Assembly: GCA_963665115.1 (NCBI GenBank)
Contig: OY762007.1
Location: 3,488,001-3,552,000, forward strand
DNA from: an uncultured Rivularia sp.
GTDB taxonomy: Bacteria; Cyanobacteriota; Cyanobacteriia; Cyanobacteriales; Nostocaceae
Length of the DNA: 64,000 nucleotides
Direction of reading: 5' to 3'
Positions 1-9,923 of this stretch are shown here, piece by piece. The position numbers were made by a program, and so were the translations under genes. Within the stretch, counting starts at the first letter, position 1. Every line of letters begins with the position of its first letter. The notes under the pieces are model-generated. The model had not been told where the DNA came from, made no database searches, and saw only the letters and a list, made by a program, of their open reading frames with translations.

Positions 1-572
1 CAGATTTTTCTCAAGACTCTCTTAAAAAACTTTCTATTAAGAAATCAACGGATGTAATCGAGATTGTAACTCCATGTCGAAAGAATAAAGAAAGCTCATT
101 AGTCCATTTGATGCTTGCAGCAAATGTAGGATTACTGTATGGAATATTTTCAATACCGTTTCTTTCTAAATTAGAAGCAGTTTTTCAATCAATTGTTTTT
201 AATTACGGTTTTATTCATTATTACTCTTTCGTTGCTGTCGGAATTTTAGCTCTAGTATTGTATTTCTATGTCAATATCTGGCTAAAGATCATAGTAAATA
301 TGTTGTTTATTCCTTTCAGTAAAAATAAATTAATAATTGATAAACAACGGGTTTATTTTACTTACAGGTTATTAGGTTTAGAATATCGCTATCGTCGTTC
401 AATTCCGCGTCACGCAATTATAAAACTAGATAGCGATCGAGGCAAAATACCAGAAGTAGTGATTTGGTTAGGAGTTTATAAATACAGTTTTGGTAAAGGT
501 TTTTTAAATTCTAATCAAGCAGCATGGGTGAGTCGCGAGCTTAATAAATGGTTGAATCTCAAAACGATTTAA
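1..572 (+). CDS. 5'-truncated CDS: C-terminal membrane domain of a probable Ser/Thr kinase, paralogous to the next gene
   Basis: The frame is open from position 3 (DFSQDSLKKLSIKKSTDVIEIVTP...). Two hydrophobic helices and the C-terminal 'WVSRELNKWLNL' resemble 'WLCSELSEYLNLPL' of 1384-2115. Confidence 0.6.
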   Translation, partial: DFSQDSLKKLSIKKSTDVIEIVTPCRKNKESSLVHLMLAANVGLLYGIFSIPFLSKLEAVFQSIVFNYGFIHYYSFVAVGILALVLYFYVNIWLKIIVNMLFIPFSKNKLIIDKQRVYFTYRLLGLEYRYRRSIPRHAIIKLDSDRGKIPEVVIWLGVYKYSFGKGFLNSNQAAWVSRELNKWLNLKTI

Positions 573-646
573 TCAAAGGAAAGGGGAACAGGAAAGCAAG
601 CTATAGTCACAAAAATTAAATATAAACACTATTTTCAACAAGTAAG

Positions 647-2115
647 ATGAACAAAAAAATAATTGGCGATCGCTATCAGGTAATTTACCTACTGGGGAAA
701 AAACCGGGATACAGAACTGTACTTTGTAGCGACACTCAGACTCAACAATTAGTTGTAGTCAAATTTCTGATTTGGGATGATGATTTAGAATGGCAAAATT
801 TAAGGTTATTTGAAAGAGAAGCGCAGGTTTTACAAAGTATTTCCCATCCTGCAATTCCTCGTTACTTAGACTATTTTGAAGTAAATAGACCAAATATAAA
901 AGGTTTTGGTTTAGTACAAACTTATATAAAAGCAGCATCTTTAGAAGAACATTTGCAAGCAGGAAGGACTTTTAGCATCGAAGAAGTCAAACAGCTAGCG
1001 GAATCACTTTTAAAAATTTTAATTTATCTGCATTCGCAACAACCGCAGATAATTCATCGAGATATAAAACCGAGCAATATTCTTTTAACAAATCGCTCTG
1101 GAAACAGTATCGGAAACGTTTACTTAGTTGATTTTGGTTCTGTAAAAACCTTAGCCGCTTCTACTGCTGAAACGATTACAGTAGTTGGAACCTATGGCTA
1201 TATGTCACCCGAACACTTTGGTGGTAAAGTTGTTTCTAAATCGGACTTATACAGCTTGGGAGCAACTTTAATTTATCTTGTGACAGGAATGCATCCTGCT
1301 AATTTACCCCAAGAAGATGGGCAGATTCAATTTGAAAAGCTAACTAACTGTCCCCTGAAGATTTTGCTGGTTGGTTAAAGCGGATGGTTGAACCCGTGGG
1401 AGAATTGCGCTTTAGTTCTGCCAAAACCGCATTGCAAAATTTAAAGCAACCTTCAATTAGTGCTAACTATTTAACCAAGAAGTCTATTAAGAATAAGTTA
1501 AATAGTAAAACAAATTTTAAAAAGCCTTTTGGCAGTAGAATTTTTCTTCATAAAAATAAAAATGGACTAGAAGTTGTATTTCCCGCACAAAAAATTAGCA
1601 ACTTAAAAGATGATTTTATCTATTTGGGAATAAAAATTTTAGCTTCTGTAATAATACTGCCTTTCTTATTCCTGACAATACTTATGTTCTTGAGTACTAT
1701 GTTTTATGGATTAGAGTATTCTATGTCTGCTTTTTCGCTTTCAATTGCATCCATATTATTAATGATATGTTTCGGAATTTTTGGAATTTCTATAGCTTTG
1801 ATAGCAAATCTTATAGATGATTTAATAAAAACATCGATCAAGTTATTTCAAAGAGAACGGTTGCAAATTGACAAAAAGAAACTCTGCTTATCTTTTGATT
1901 GGCTATGTTTCAAATCTTGGTTTATTCGTTCTATTTCTTTAACAAAGATTAATAAACTCGAAAAAATACTTATCGCAGATGATAATTCTAAGTGGGGAAT
2001 TGTAGCTAATATTGGAAGAAATCAATATAATTTAGCGAGCAAAACCGATTTAACCGAAGTCGAAATTGATTGGCTTTGTAGCGAGTTGAGCGAGTACTTG
2101 AATTTGCCGTTATAA
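647..2115 (+). CDS. Ser/Thr protein kinase with C-terminal membrane domain, split by one frameshift at ~1352-1355
   Basis: HRDIKPSN, LVDFG and GTYGYMSPE kinase motifs. Adding one C to the CCCC run joins the two ORFs as ...CPPEDFAGWLKRMVEP... Confidence 0.85.
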
Positions 2116-2198
2116 AAAGTTAGTTTGTGATTCATTGAATGTAAGCGGATAAATCGCAAAACATGGGAGACTGTTTATAAATATTACAAAGATAGCTA

Positions 2199-2705
2199 AT
2201 GAATATTCGTCCTGAAACTAAAAAAGACTACTCAGCAGTAGCTCAAATTCATAAATTGGCTTTTGGTAGAGAAGAGGAAGAATTATTAGTTGAGAAAATT
2301 CGTCATTCTCAATACTATATTCCTGAATTGACGCTATTAGCAGAAGTAAATGATACTGTAGTCGCCCATGTAATGCTTAGTTATATAGATTTAGTAAGCG
2401 AAGAAACATTCCAGGTTTTAGGTTTAGCCCCGATAGCAGTTCATCCGGATTTTCAAAACCAAGGAATTGGAAGTGCGTTAGTAAATGCTGGTTTAAGTAA
2501 AGCAAATGTATTAGAACAAACATTAATTATTGTATTAGGTCATCCAGAGTTTTATTCTCGCTTCGGATTTAAACCATCGACCAATTTTGGTATAGAATCT
2601 CCATTTCCCGTACCTGAAGATGCATTTATGGTGAAGCCTTTAAAAAAATATTCTCCCAGGTATAAAGGTAAAGTTGTTTACCCGGCAGCTTTTCATCATG
2701 TATAG
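2199..2705 (+). CDS. GNAT N-acetyltransferase (YhbS-like)
   Basis: LAPIAVHPDFQNQGIGSAL acetyl-CoA motif; VLGHPEFYSRFGF. Confidence 0.9.
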   Translation: MNIRPETKKDYSAVAQIHKLAFGREEEELLVEKIRHSQYYIPELTLLAEVNDTVVAHVMLSYIDLVSEETFQVLGLAPIAVHPDFQNQGIGSALVNAGLSKANVLEQTLIIVLGHPEFYSRFGFKPSTNFGIESPFPVPEDAFMVKPLKKYSPRYKGKVVYPAAFHHV

Positions 2706-2961
2706 ATAATAGTTAAAATCAAATTATATTTTCAGCTAAATGTATTTTGCATAGCATCTTTTTTTGAATAATGAACCGTTAAAAAATAAGTTTAAATCAG
2801 TATGAATTAGATATTTTGTAATGATTAAACATTAAAAGTATTGAGAAACACAATGCCTTTGTTATTTGAGTAAAAGTTAGGTGTTTCCACGTATTTTATA
2901 TACTTAACAAAATTAACGAGAACTCTATAATAAAGTAGAACCACAATCAACTAAATCTAAT

Positions 2962-3411
2962 ATGGCTACAGTTAAAAACTTCGACCGTAGCGTAATAGAA
3001 AGCTATCTAACTAACAGAGGATTGCGATTTACTAAAGACGATGACGGTGATTTTGTGGTGCAGTTTCCCTACCAAGAAGAATTAGGGTGTGAAGTCATTT
3101 TAGTCTTTTGTGCTGAGGGACCTCAAGAAGATGTTTATTCCGTTAGACTTATTTCTAATAAGCGCATTCCCAAGGATGAATGGGAACGTATAATGTCTTT
3201 ATGTAACGACTGGAACAAAGAAAAGCGTTTTCCTAAAGCCTTTCTGGACATCAGAATTACCGCTGAAGAAACTCTCGCTATAGTAGTACTCGAACAACAC
3301 TTGCATCTGAATCCTGGCGTGCATCAAGACTTATTCGATGACTGGACTGATATTATGGTTTCCGGTGGATTCCAATTCTGGATTTGGGTACATCAACAGC
3401 ATGGTTTGTAA
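2962..3411 (+). CDS. YbjN-domain protein
   Basis: 149 aa with 'F..DDDGDF' and 'CNDWNKEKRFPKA', patterns typical of YbjN-like proteins. Confidence 0.7.
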   Translation: MATVKNFDRSVIESYLTNRGLRFTKDDDGDFVVQFPYQEELGCEVILVFCAEGPQEDVYSVRLISNKRIPKDEWERIMSLCNDWNKEKRFPKAFLDIRITAEETLAIVVLEQHLHLNPGVHQDLFDDWTDIMVSGGFQFWIWVHQQHGL

Positions 3412-3439
3412 CTAATATTGTATTTTAAATAGTATTTAT

Positions 3440-3472
3440 AGCTATTAACTGATTCGGTTAATGGCTTTTTTA
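3440..3472 (+). terminator. Intrinsic terminator after the YbjN gene
   Basis: AGCTATTAAC...GTTAATGGCT hairpin followed by a T run. Confidence 0.65.
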
Positions 3473-3575
3473 TGCAATTAATTTGAAATTGTATTTAAAA
3501 TAATTTTTCTTAATTGAATACAAGCACAAATTATTTTATACTTAATACCGCGAGAAAGAAGTCATATGTTTTAAG

Positions 3576-4373
3576 ATGCAAAAAAGAAAAATTTTAATTG
3601 TAACCAAAACTTATCCTTCAATTAGCAGGAAATATAAAGAAACAGTTTGTACGGCAGGGGTTTTGCTGAGTGATTCTGAAAAACCGATACAATGGATTCG
3701 TATTTATCCGATTCGTTTTCGCTCTTTAGATTTAGATAAGCGTTATCCTAGATGGTCTATAATTAGTGCTGAGATAGAGAAGAATACAAAGGATTATAGA
3801 CAAGAGAGCTTTAGGATAAATGATTCGTCTATAGAGATTGTCAGAAAAATTAGTACAAATAATAGCTGGGAAGAACGAAAATCATTAGTTCTACCATTAG
3901 AATTTAATTCTGTCAGTGAAATCGCAAATGATGGCAATTCTTTAGGAATCATTAAACCTCAAAGTATTAAAAAGTACTTTTATCGAAACACGAGCCGTGA
4001 ATGGAGTTATAGACAGCAAGCTATTCAAGATCAATTAGATTTATTTGAACCTTCAGTAGAATTAGAAAAAATACCTTATCAATTTTGTTATGATTTTGTT
4101 GCAAAAGATGGTAAGCATCATAAATACTCTATAAATGATTGGGAAATAATGCAATTGTATAGAAATTGTAGAAATAATTCAGATGAAGAAACTCAAGAAG
4201 ACAAAGAAAAAGAGTCTTTAGAGAAAGTAAGACAAAAATTAGAAGATGATTTTTTAAACAACAAAGATTTATACTTTATAGTAGGTAACTTAAAAAATCA
4301 TAAAAACACTTTCATGATTATTGGTTTATTCTATCCCCCGAAATTAGAATTTGAACAGTTAAGTCTTTTTTAA
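3576..4373 (+). CDS. Conserved hypothetical protein (KTYP...VCTAG...WIRIYP family, possibly OB-fold) with two beta-clamp-type motifs
   Basis: Intact 265-aa ORF with internal QLDLF and C-terminal QLSLF; 16 nt upstream of a DUF488 gene. Confidence 0.75.
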   Translation: MQKRKILIVTKTYPSISRKYKETVCTAGVLLSDSEKPIQWIRIYPIRFRSLDLDKRYPRWSIISAEIEKNTKDYRQESFRINDSSIEIVRKISTNNSWEERKSLVLPLEFNSVSEIANDGNSLGIIKPQSIKKYFYRNTSREWSYRQQAIQDQLDLFEPSVELEKIPYQFCYDFVAKDGKHHKYSINDWEIMQLYRNCRNNSDEETQEDKEKESLEKVRQKLEDDFLNNKDLYFIVGNLKNHKNTFMIIGLFYPPKLEFEQLSLF

Positions 4374-4389
4374 TTAATAAAGGTATAAA

Positions 4390-4812
4390 ATGAACAATAC
4401 ACCAACACATACTAGTAACTATATTTTGACCTTTGGATATGGAAATCGTAAAGATTATCAAGAATTTATCGAATATCTTGAGCAATATAAAGTTGCATAT
4501 GTAATTGATGTGAGAATTCGCCCTCGTGCTTGGAGTCGTAAATGGTACGGTGATGGGGTTGAAAAACTTTGTCTTTCAAAAGGAATTAAATATATCTCTA
4601 AATCGGCTTTAGGTAATACATCAGGTAATGCAAAATGGGAACCACCAGATAAGCAAGAAGCTGAAAAATCATTGCAAGAAGTTGCAGAAATTGCTTTTGA
4701 TGGAACTGTTTTATTAATGTGTGCTGAAAAAGATTGGCATCGATGTCATCGTACAGAAGTAGCGAATGAACTTAAAAAGTTAGCGAAACTTCCCGTACAA
4801 CATTTAGTCTAA
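4390..4812 (+). CDS. DUF488 family protein
   Basis: TFGYGN, VIDVRIRP and LMCAEKDWHRCHR motifs; AAGGT ribosome-binding site. Confidence 0.85.
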   Translation: MNNTPTHTSNYILTFGYGNRKDYQEFIEYLEQYKVAYVIDVRIRPRAWSRKWYGDGVEKLCLSKGIKYISKSALGNTSGNAKWEPPDKQEAEKSLQEVAEIAFDGTVLLMCAEKDWHRCHRTEVANELKKLAKLPVQHLV

Positions 4813-4907
4813 TTCGACGTTATTTCATATTTAACCTCCTCTTTTCTCCTACTCCACGCTCTCAGCCTCTAGTAAGCTTTTTTATTCATACATTACCCAA
4901 CTTAATC

Positions 4908-6275
4908 TCAAACAACTTCTGCCGATATCGCACCCATTTTCTCCAATACCGCAGCAACTCGTAAAATCGCCGTTTCGTTATAAGGAGCGGCGATTAATTG
5001 CACTCCCAAAGGTAAAGCATTTTTACGTTGAATTGGAACCGATAAAACGGGTAAACCTATAAATGATAATGGTTGAGTAAATAAACCCAAATGGGGACGA
5101 ACTAATATTTCTTCACCATCTAAAATCATTGTTTCTTGTCCAATTTCCGGTGCTGCAATTGGTGTAGTTGGGGCAATAATTACATCTACATTTTGAAATA
5201 TTTCTCGAACCTTCTCTTTATACCAACTTCTAAATCTTTGGGCTTGAATATACCAACTACTAGGAATAAATGCCCCTGCAATAAATCTATCTCTTGTCGC
5301 AACATCGAAATCTTGGGGACGGGATTTTAATTTATCCAAATGTAAATTTGCGCCTTCAGATGCAGTAATTATGTATGCAGCAGCACGAGCGCGATGAGCT
5401 TCTGGTATGGAAACGTATTCAGAAACATTTAACGCATCGGCAACTTTCTGTACTGCTTCCAACGCTTCCGGTGCGGCTTTTTTGGTGAAATAATCGTCGG
5501 CGATCGCAATTTTTAATCCATCAATATTTTGTACATACGTTAAATGAGACGTTAAATTTAACGTCTCTACATTTTCACCTTGCAAAACATCGAAAGCCGT
5601 TGCAATATCTCTTACCGAACGTGCAAATGGACCAACATGGTCAAAACTGCTGGAAAATAGCACCACACCAGCCCGCGATAGCCTACCATAAGTCGGTTTA
5701 AAACCAAAAACCCCGCATAAAGCAGCAGGCACCCGAATCGAACCGTTAGTATCTGAGCCTAAAGTTAAAGGTACCAAACCAGCAGCCACGGAAGCAGCCG
5801 AACCTCCAGATGAACCACCAGCTACACGGTTCAAGTCGTGGGGATTGTGAGTAGCGCCGTAATGTGAATTCTCGGTAACAAAACCGTAAGCGTACTCATC
5901 CATATTCAAGGCACCGACAAGAATTGCACCGGCATTTTTCAACTTAGTTACAGCAGTTGCATCTTGAGTAGCTGGGGGATTTTCAGCATTGATTTTTGAA
6001 CCAGCAAGAGTAGTTAAGTCAGCGATATCGTAAAGATTTTTGACAGCAAAAGGTACACCAGCCAACAAACCGGGATTATTACCGAGGGCAATTTCTGCAT
6101 CAATTTTGGCTGCATCTTTCAAAGCAGTTTCCGCTGTCACAGTTGTAAAGCAGTTGAGTTGATTATCCCTGGCTGCAATTCTATCTAAAGCAGCTTTGAC
6201 AACATCTACCGCTTTAACTTTTCCTTGCTGTACTGCGGTTGCAATTGATACCGCATCGGCTGAGTCTAAATTCAT
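4908..6275 (-). CDS. atzE: AtzE-family amidohydrolase (amidase signature)
   Basis: GVPFAVKNL, GGSSGGS, GSDTNGSIRVPAA and NMDEYAYGFVTEN motifs. Confidence 0.85.
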   Translation of the reverse strand: MNLDSADAVSIATAVQQGKVKAVDVVKAALDRIAARDNQLNCFTTVTAETALKDAAKIDAEIALGNNPGLLAGVPFAVKNLYDIADLTTLAGSKINAENPPATQDATAVTKLKNAGAILVGALNMDEYAYGFVTENSHYGATHNPHDLNRVAGGSSGGSAASVAAGLVPLTLGSDTNGSIRVPAALCGVFGFKPTYGRLSRAGVVLFSSSFDHVGPFARSVRDIATAFDVLQGENVETLNLTSHLTYVQNIDGLKIAIADDYFTKKAAPEALEAVQKVADALNVSEYVSIPEAHRARAAAYIITASEGANLHLDKLKSRPQDFDVATRDRFIAGAFIPSSWYIQAQRFRSWYKEKVREIFQNVDVIIAPTTPIAAPEIGQETMILDGEEILVRPHLGLFTQPLSFIGLPVLSVPIQRKNALPLGVQLIAAPYNETAILRVAAVLEKMGAISAEVV

Positions 6276-6293
6276 GGTTTGATATTATAAAAA

Positions 6294-6482
6294 TTATGGT
6301 TCAAATATTGGTGCTGCTTCAATATCTTCGGGTAAAGAAAACTCATTGACAAGTTTCGCTATAATTTGAATTCTCTCAAAGTTTGCGACAACTCCATCGC
6401 GGTATTCGTCGGGTAAATCAAAATTTAGTAATAGTGCTGTTTGTTCTACGTATTCGGTTGCGTTGAATTTTTGATCGTTCAT
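6294..6482 (-). CDS. DUF4089/AtzG-like small partner of AtzE
   Basis: 62 aa 'YVEQTA.LL...GVVANFERI...EAAPIFEP', directly upstream of atzE. Confidence 0.8.
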   Translation of the reverse strand: MNDQKFNATEYVEQTALLLNFDLPDEYRDGVVANFERIQIIAKLVNEFSLPEDIEAAPIFEP

Positions 6483-6537
6483 TTATTTATTATGTAGAAT
6501 AACATCGAACCCATACCGTTAAATATCATACCCGTGC

Positions 6538-6838
6538 GTGGCAACAGTTAACCATCCGGAATTTCAAACTTATCTGCAATTCATCAGCGACAAGCATAAA
6601 TGCTGGTGGAATATTAGAATATCTCGCATTTGAGATGATGAAACCAGAGAATTCTACAGATTTTCGATTGTCAATTTCTCGCAATCAAACGGAAGAGATT
6701 TTAAAGGAGTTTATCAAAGGTGAAGTAGAGTTTCCTGGAGATAAAGCGAAAAAATGGTTGGATAGGTTGTTGAAACATTATTTATTACAGAGCAGAGTAT
6801 AGGAATCCGAGCAAGTTGTAATTGAATTTCATCATTAG
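6538..6838 (+). pseudogene. Remnant of a NACHT/HEAT-type protein gene
   Basis: N-terminal 'HPEFQTYLQFISDKHKCWW' is joined out of frame to 'ILEYLAFEMM...AKKWLDRLLKHYLLQ..*..IEFHH*', which resembles the post-NTPase helical region. Confidence 0.5.
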
Positions 6839-7025
6839 GGCGATGATTAAAAAAATAAACGATTACTGCAAAAAATGAATTTAAATAAGTCCAAATAAAA
6901 ACATCCTAATGTACGCATAATAAATCAAAAGTAGATGCATTACCGATGCTCAACCAGTGTTTGCACGGTTGCCAGAATAAAAAATAGGTATGATAGCATT
7001 GATTGTTACAATCTAATTTTTATTT

Positions 7026-7727
7026 ATGTCAGAAACTCCTAAATTTGATTTAAGTCGCATCAGGGTTGGTAATGCAATAGGTAAATTTAAAAGAAATGAA
7101 ATAGCCCTTCCAAAAAATAACTTCTCAAATACAGCTAAAGTTGATGAAGTAGCTAGTCAAAAAACTGAGACTCCCGAGATAGTCAAACTTGATGAAGTAG
7201 CTAGTCAAAAAACTGAGACTCCAGAGATGGTTAAAGCTGATGAACTAGCTAGTCAAAAAACTGAGACTCCCGAGATAGTTAAACTTGATGAAGTAGCCAA
7301 TCAGAAAACAAATAATCCAGAGATGGTTAAAGCTGATGAAGTAGCTAATCAGAAAACTGAGGCTCCAGAGATAGTTAAACTTAATGAAGTAGCCAATCAG
7401 AAAACTGAGGCTCCAGAGATAGTTAAACTTGATGAAGTAGCCAATCAAAAAACGACACTTCTTAGCGGAGAGCAAAAAAAACTCAGTGAATCAGCAAAAG
7501 AAATCCAAGCATTACTAGAACCATTACAAACAACTTACCCAACCAATTCTGACTACGAAAAGCAAGTGTTTGTAAATAAATTCAAGGAAGAAATAAGGAA
7601 AAACTATCGCGTTCAAGAAACACTTGTAGCTGGGGGAACTGAGTTAATTAAAATCATCTGTCAGCCCCTAGATATTCCCATTGAAATGGGTAAAAAATGG
7701 TTGGAAACAGCAAAACACTATCGATAA
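7026..7727 (+). CDS. Hypothetical protein with 16-aa tandem repeats and a cyanobacterial C-terminal helical domain
   Basis: 233-aa ORF; C-terminal 'QKKLSESAKEIQALLEPLQTTYPT'. Confidence 0.75.
   Translation: MSETPKFDLSRIRVGNAIGKFKRNEIALPKNNFSNTAKVDEVASQKTETPEIVKLDEVASQKTETPEMVKADELASQKTETPEIVKLDEVANQKTNNPEMVKADEVANQKTEAPEIVKLNEVANQKTEAPEIVKLDEVANQKTTLLSGEQKKLSESAKEIQALLEPLQTTYPTNSDYEKQVFVNKFKEEIRKNYRVQETLVAGGTELIKIICQPLDIPIEMGKKWLETAKHYR
7137..7456 (+). repeat. In-frame 48-bp tandem repeat, 6 full copies plus 1 partial
   Basis: Unit approximately AAACTTGATGAAGTAGCTAGTCAAAAAACTGAGACTCCCGAGATAGTT (KLDEVASQKTETPEIV). Confidence 0.95.
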
Positions 7728-7757
7728 CGATTAAAAACTATTGAGAAACTGATAATT

Positions 7758-7811
7758 TAGCCCACGCAGGTGGGCTTTGTTCATTTAGCCCCACTCTTCC
7801 AGATTGAGGGC
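7758..7811. repeat. REP-like double hairpin between convergent genes
   Basis: GCCCACGCAGGTGGGC hairpin; the same core recurs at 17931-17950. Confidence 0.7.
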
Positions 7812-7828
7812 AATTTAATTGATAACTC

Positions 7829-9358
7829 TTAATTAATAATTGAAACAGCCCCTGGTCCCAAAGGCAAACCTAGCACAAACCAAATTATAAACAAAATTGC
7901 CCATCCGATCAAAAAAGCTACCGAATAAGGCAACATCAACGAAATCAAAGTTCCTATTTTCAAACTTTTATCGTACCTTTGTCCAAATGCCACCACGACA
8001 GGAAAATAAGGCATCAAAGGCGTAATAATATTAGTAGAAGAATCGCCAATTCTATAAGCAGCTTGCGTCAATTCCGGCGAATATCCCACTAACATAAACA
8101 TTGGAATAAATATCGGTGCCATTATCGCCCATTTAGCCGAAGCGGAACCGACGAATAGGTTAATTAACATACTGACAATGATAAACATTAACATCAGCGG
8201 TACGCCAGTAAATCCCGTTGCTTTGAGAAAATTGGCACCATTCACCGCCAAAATTAAACCTAAATTACTCCAGCTAAAGTAAGCAATAAATTGTGCAGAA
8301 ATAAACGCCAAAGCAATGTAATAACCCATCCCTGCCATAGAATCGCCTAAAGCATTCGCAACATCTTTATCATTGGCAATTTTTCCAGAAAACTTACCGT
8401 AAACAATTCCCGGAATTAGAAATGCTAAAGCAATAATGATAACTATGCTGTCAATAAAAGGCGAAGGAATAATTGTAAAGGTTTCTGGATTGCGTAAAAT
8501 ACCTTGTGGTGGTAAAACTAATGCCGCGATAAACGCTAGAAATATTAATAATGAAAAACCTGCCCAACGCAAACCTTTTCTTTCCGAAGGTGCAAGGGTT
8601 TGCATTGGGATATCTTCATCTTGGTTATAACTTCCCAAACGCGGTTCAATAATTTTTTCGGTAACAAACCAGGCAATTAAAGTAATAAAAAAAGTCGAAA
8701 CTATCATGAAATAATAATTCGCAGTGGCATTTACCTGATAGTTTGGTTTAATTAATTGCGCTGCACTTTGAGACAATCCCGCAAGTAAAGGATCGAGGGG
8801 ATTTATGATTAAATTAGCGCTATAACCACCGGAAACCCCTGCAAAAGCCGCTGCAATACCTGCAAGAGGATGGCGACGGAAAGCTAGAAAAATCACCGCA
8901 CCCAACGGTACAAGCACCACATATCCAGCGTCAGAGGCGATATTGCCCATAACACCAGCAAACACGACAACAGGACAAATAAACCTTCCCGGTGCAATTA
9001 ATACTATTCGTCTTAATAATGCGGAAAGCAAACCCGAAGATTCAGCAACACCCACACCCAACATCGCCACAAGTACGGTACCGAGCGGTTTAAATCCAGT
9101 AAAGTTATTGACTGCCTCTGTGAATATCTTGCGTATACTTTCGGGGGTAAGCAGAGATACTGCTGCAATGTTTTTATCGTTGCTGGGATTGACTACTGAT
9201 ACGTTTAAGAATGATGCGATCGCGCTAACCAGAACAACTAAGATAGATAGTATAAAAAATAGCGTAATCGGATCTGGTAGTTTATTCCCTACTGTTTCAA
9301 TAAAAGCTAGAAATTTATCTACTAAATTGGGTTTATTTTGCTGAGTGCGGTTTGTCAT
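7829..9358 (-). CDS. abgT: AbgT-family transporter
   Basis: E.VGNKLPDP, GSASAKWAIMAPIFIPM and AYRIGDSSTNIITP motifs. Confidence 0.9.
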   Translation of the reverse strand: MTNRTQQNKPNLVDKFLAFIETVGNKLPDPITLFFILSILVVLVSAIASFLNVSVVNPSNDKNIAAVSLLTPESIRKIFTEAVNNFTGFKPLGTVLVAMLGVGVAESSGLLSALLRRIVLIAPGRFICPVVVFAGVMGNIASDAGYVVLVPLGAVIFLAFRRHPLAGIAAAFAGVSGGYSANLIINPLDPLLAGLSQSAAQLIKPNYQVNATANYYFMIVSTFFITLIAWFVTEKIIEPRLGSYNQDEDIPMQTLAPSERKGLRWAGFSLLIFLAFIAALVLPPQGILRNPETFTIIPSPFIDSIVIIIALAFLIPGIVYGKFSGKIANDKDVANALGDSMAGMGYYIALAFISAQFIAYFSWSNLGLILAVNGANFLKATGFTGVPLMLMFIIVSMLINLFVGSASAKWAIMAPIFIPMFMLVGYSPELTQAAYRIGDSSTNIITPLMPYFPVVVAFGQRYDKSLKIGTLISLMLPYSVAFLIGWAILFIIWFVLGLPLGPGAVSIIN

Positions 9359-9493
9359 TAACAGTTATCAATTACCAATGAACAATTATCAACATTATGC
9401 GATTTTGATAGTTGTAATTGGTATTAAGCATTTTGTCAAATATTTTGTCAAATATATAATAATTTTTTCTTTTACTTATTCTCTTACTCGCAA

Positions 9494-9661
9494 CTAATCC
9501 CCATTGCTAGCTAAAGCCAAAGGAAGATTATAAGCAAGTGTTTCCGTTCATAAAAGACTTAGTTCTAAATTAGGTGTATCAATAAATAAATCAACTTTTT
9601 CGTTAGTCGTTAAGCCAAATATGTCTTTAACACTTGCTAAAGTAAATTCACTGTATAACAT
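9494..9661 (-). pseudogene. Truncated member of a common cyanobacterial hypothetical family (M.YS.FTL..VK..F...LPLALA)
   Basis: Reads MLYSEFTLASVKDIFGL...ELSLL*TETLAYNLPLALASNGD*, with an internal stop and an early end. Confidence 0.55.
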
Positions 9662-9828
9662 GGGAACATCCTTTAACAAGCGCAATCAATACCTTAATCA
9701 AGATTACTGGATATATACGGAAAGAGATGCAAAATGAAAGCTTTTCGTCAATAGGTAATAAAATAAATACAAATATCTCTTTAAATCTCTTTCCTCAGCA
9801 GATAGTTATTGCAAATAAAAAACAGATG

Positions 9829-9880
9829 GTAGTGGGAGCATCTTGCTCCCTAGTCCGAGGGAGCAAGATGCTCCCACTAC
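9829..9880. repeat. GTAG-type REP-like hairpin with perfect 23-bp arms
   Basis: GTAGTGGGAGCATCTTGCTCCCT-N6-AGGGAGCAAGATGCTCCCACTAC just past the gltS stop. Confidence 0.85.
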
Positions 9881-9923
9881 GAAATTTAATTGGATTACTA
9901 TTCTCCACGCCTAGTCAGGTTTT

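Noticed and set aside
7137..7456. Possible CRISPR array
   Set aside because: The 48-bp units are contiguous with no unique spacers, lie in frame within a protein, and no cas genes are present.
8943..9344. Antisense or nested ORFs in the track (also 18247-18768, 46015-46404, 50421-50834, 40278-40655 and others)
   Set aside because: They overlap well-supported genes and show no family motifs; they are shadow ORFs.
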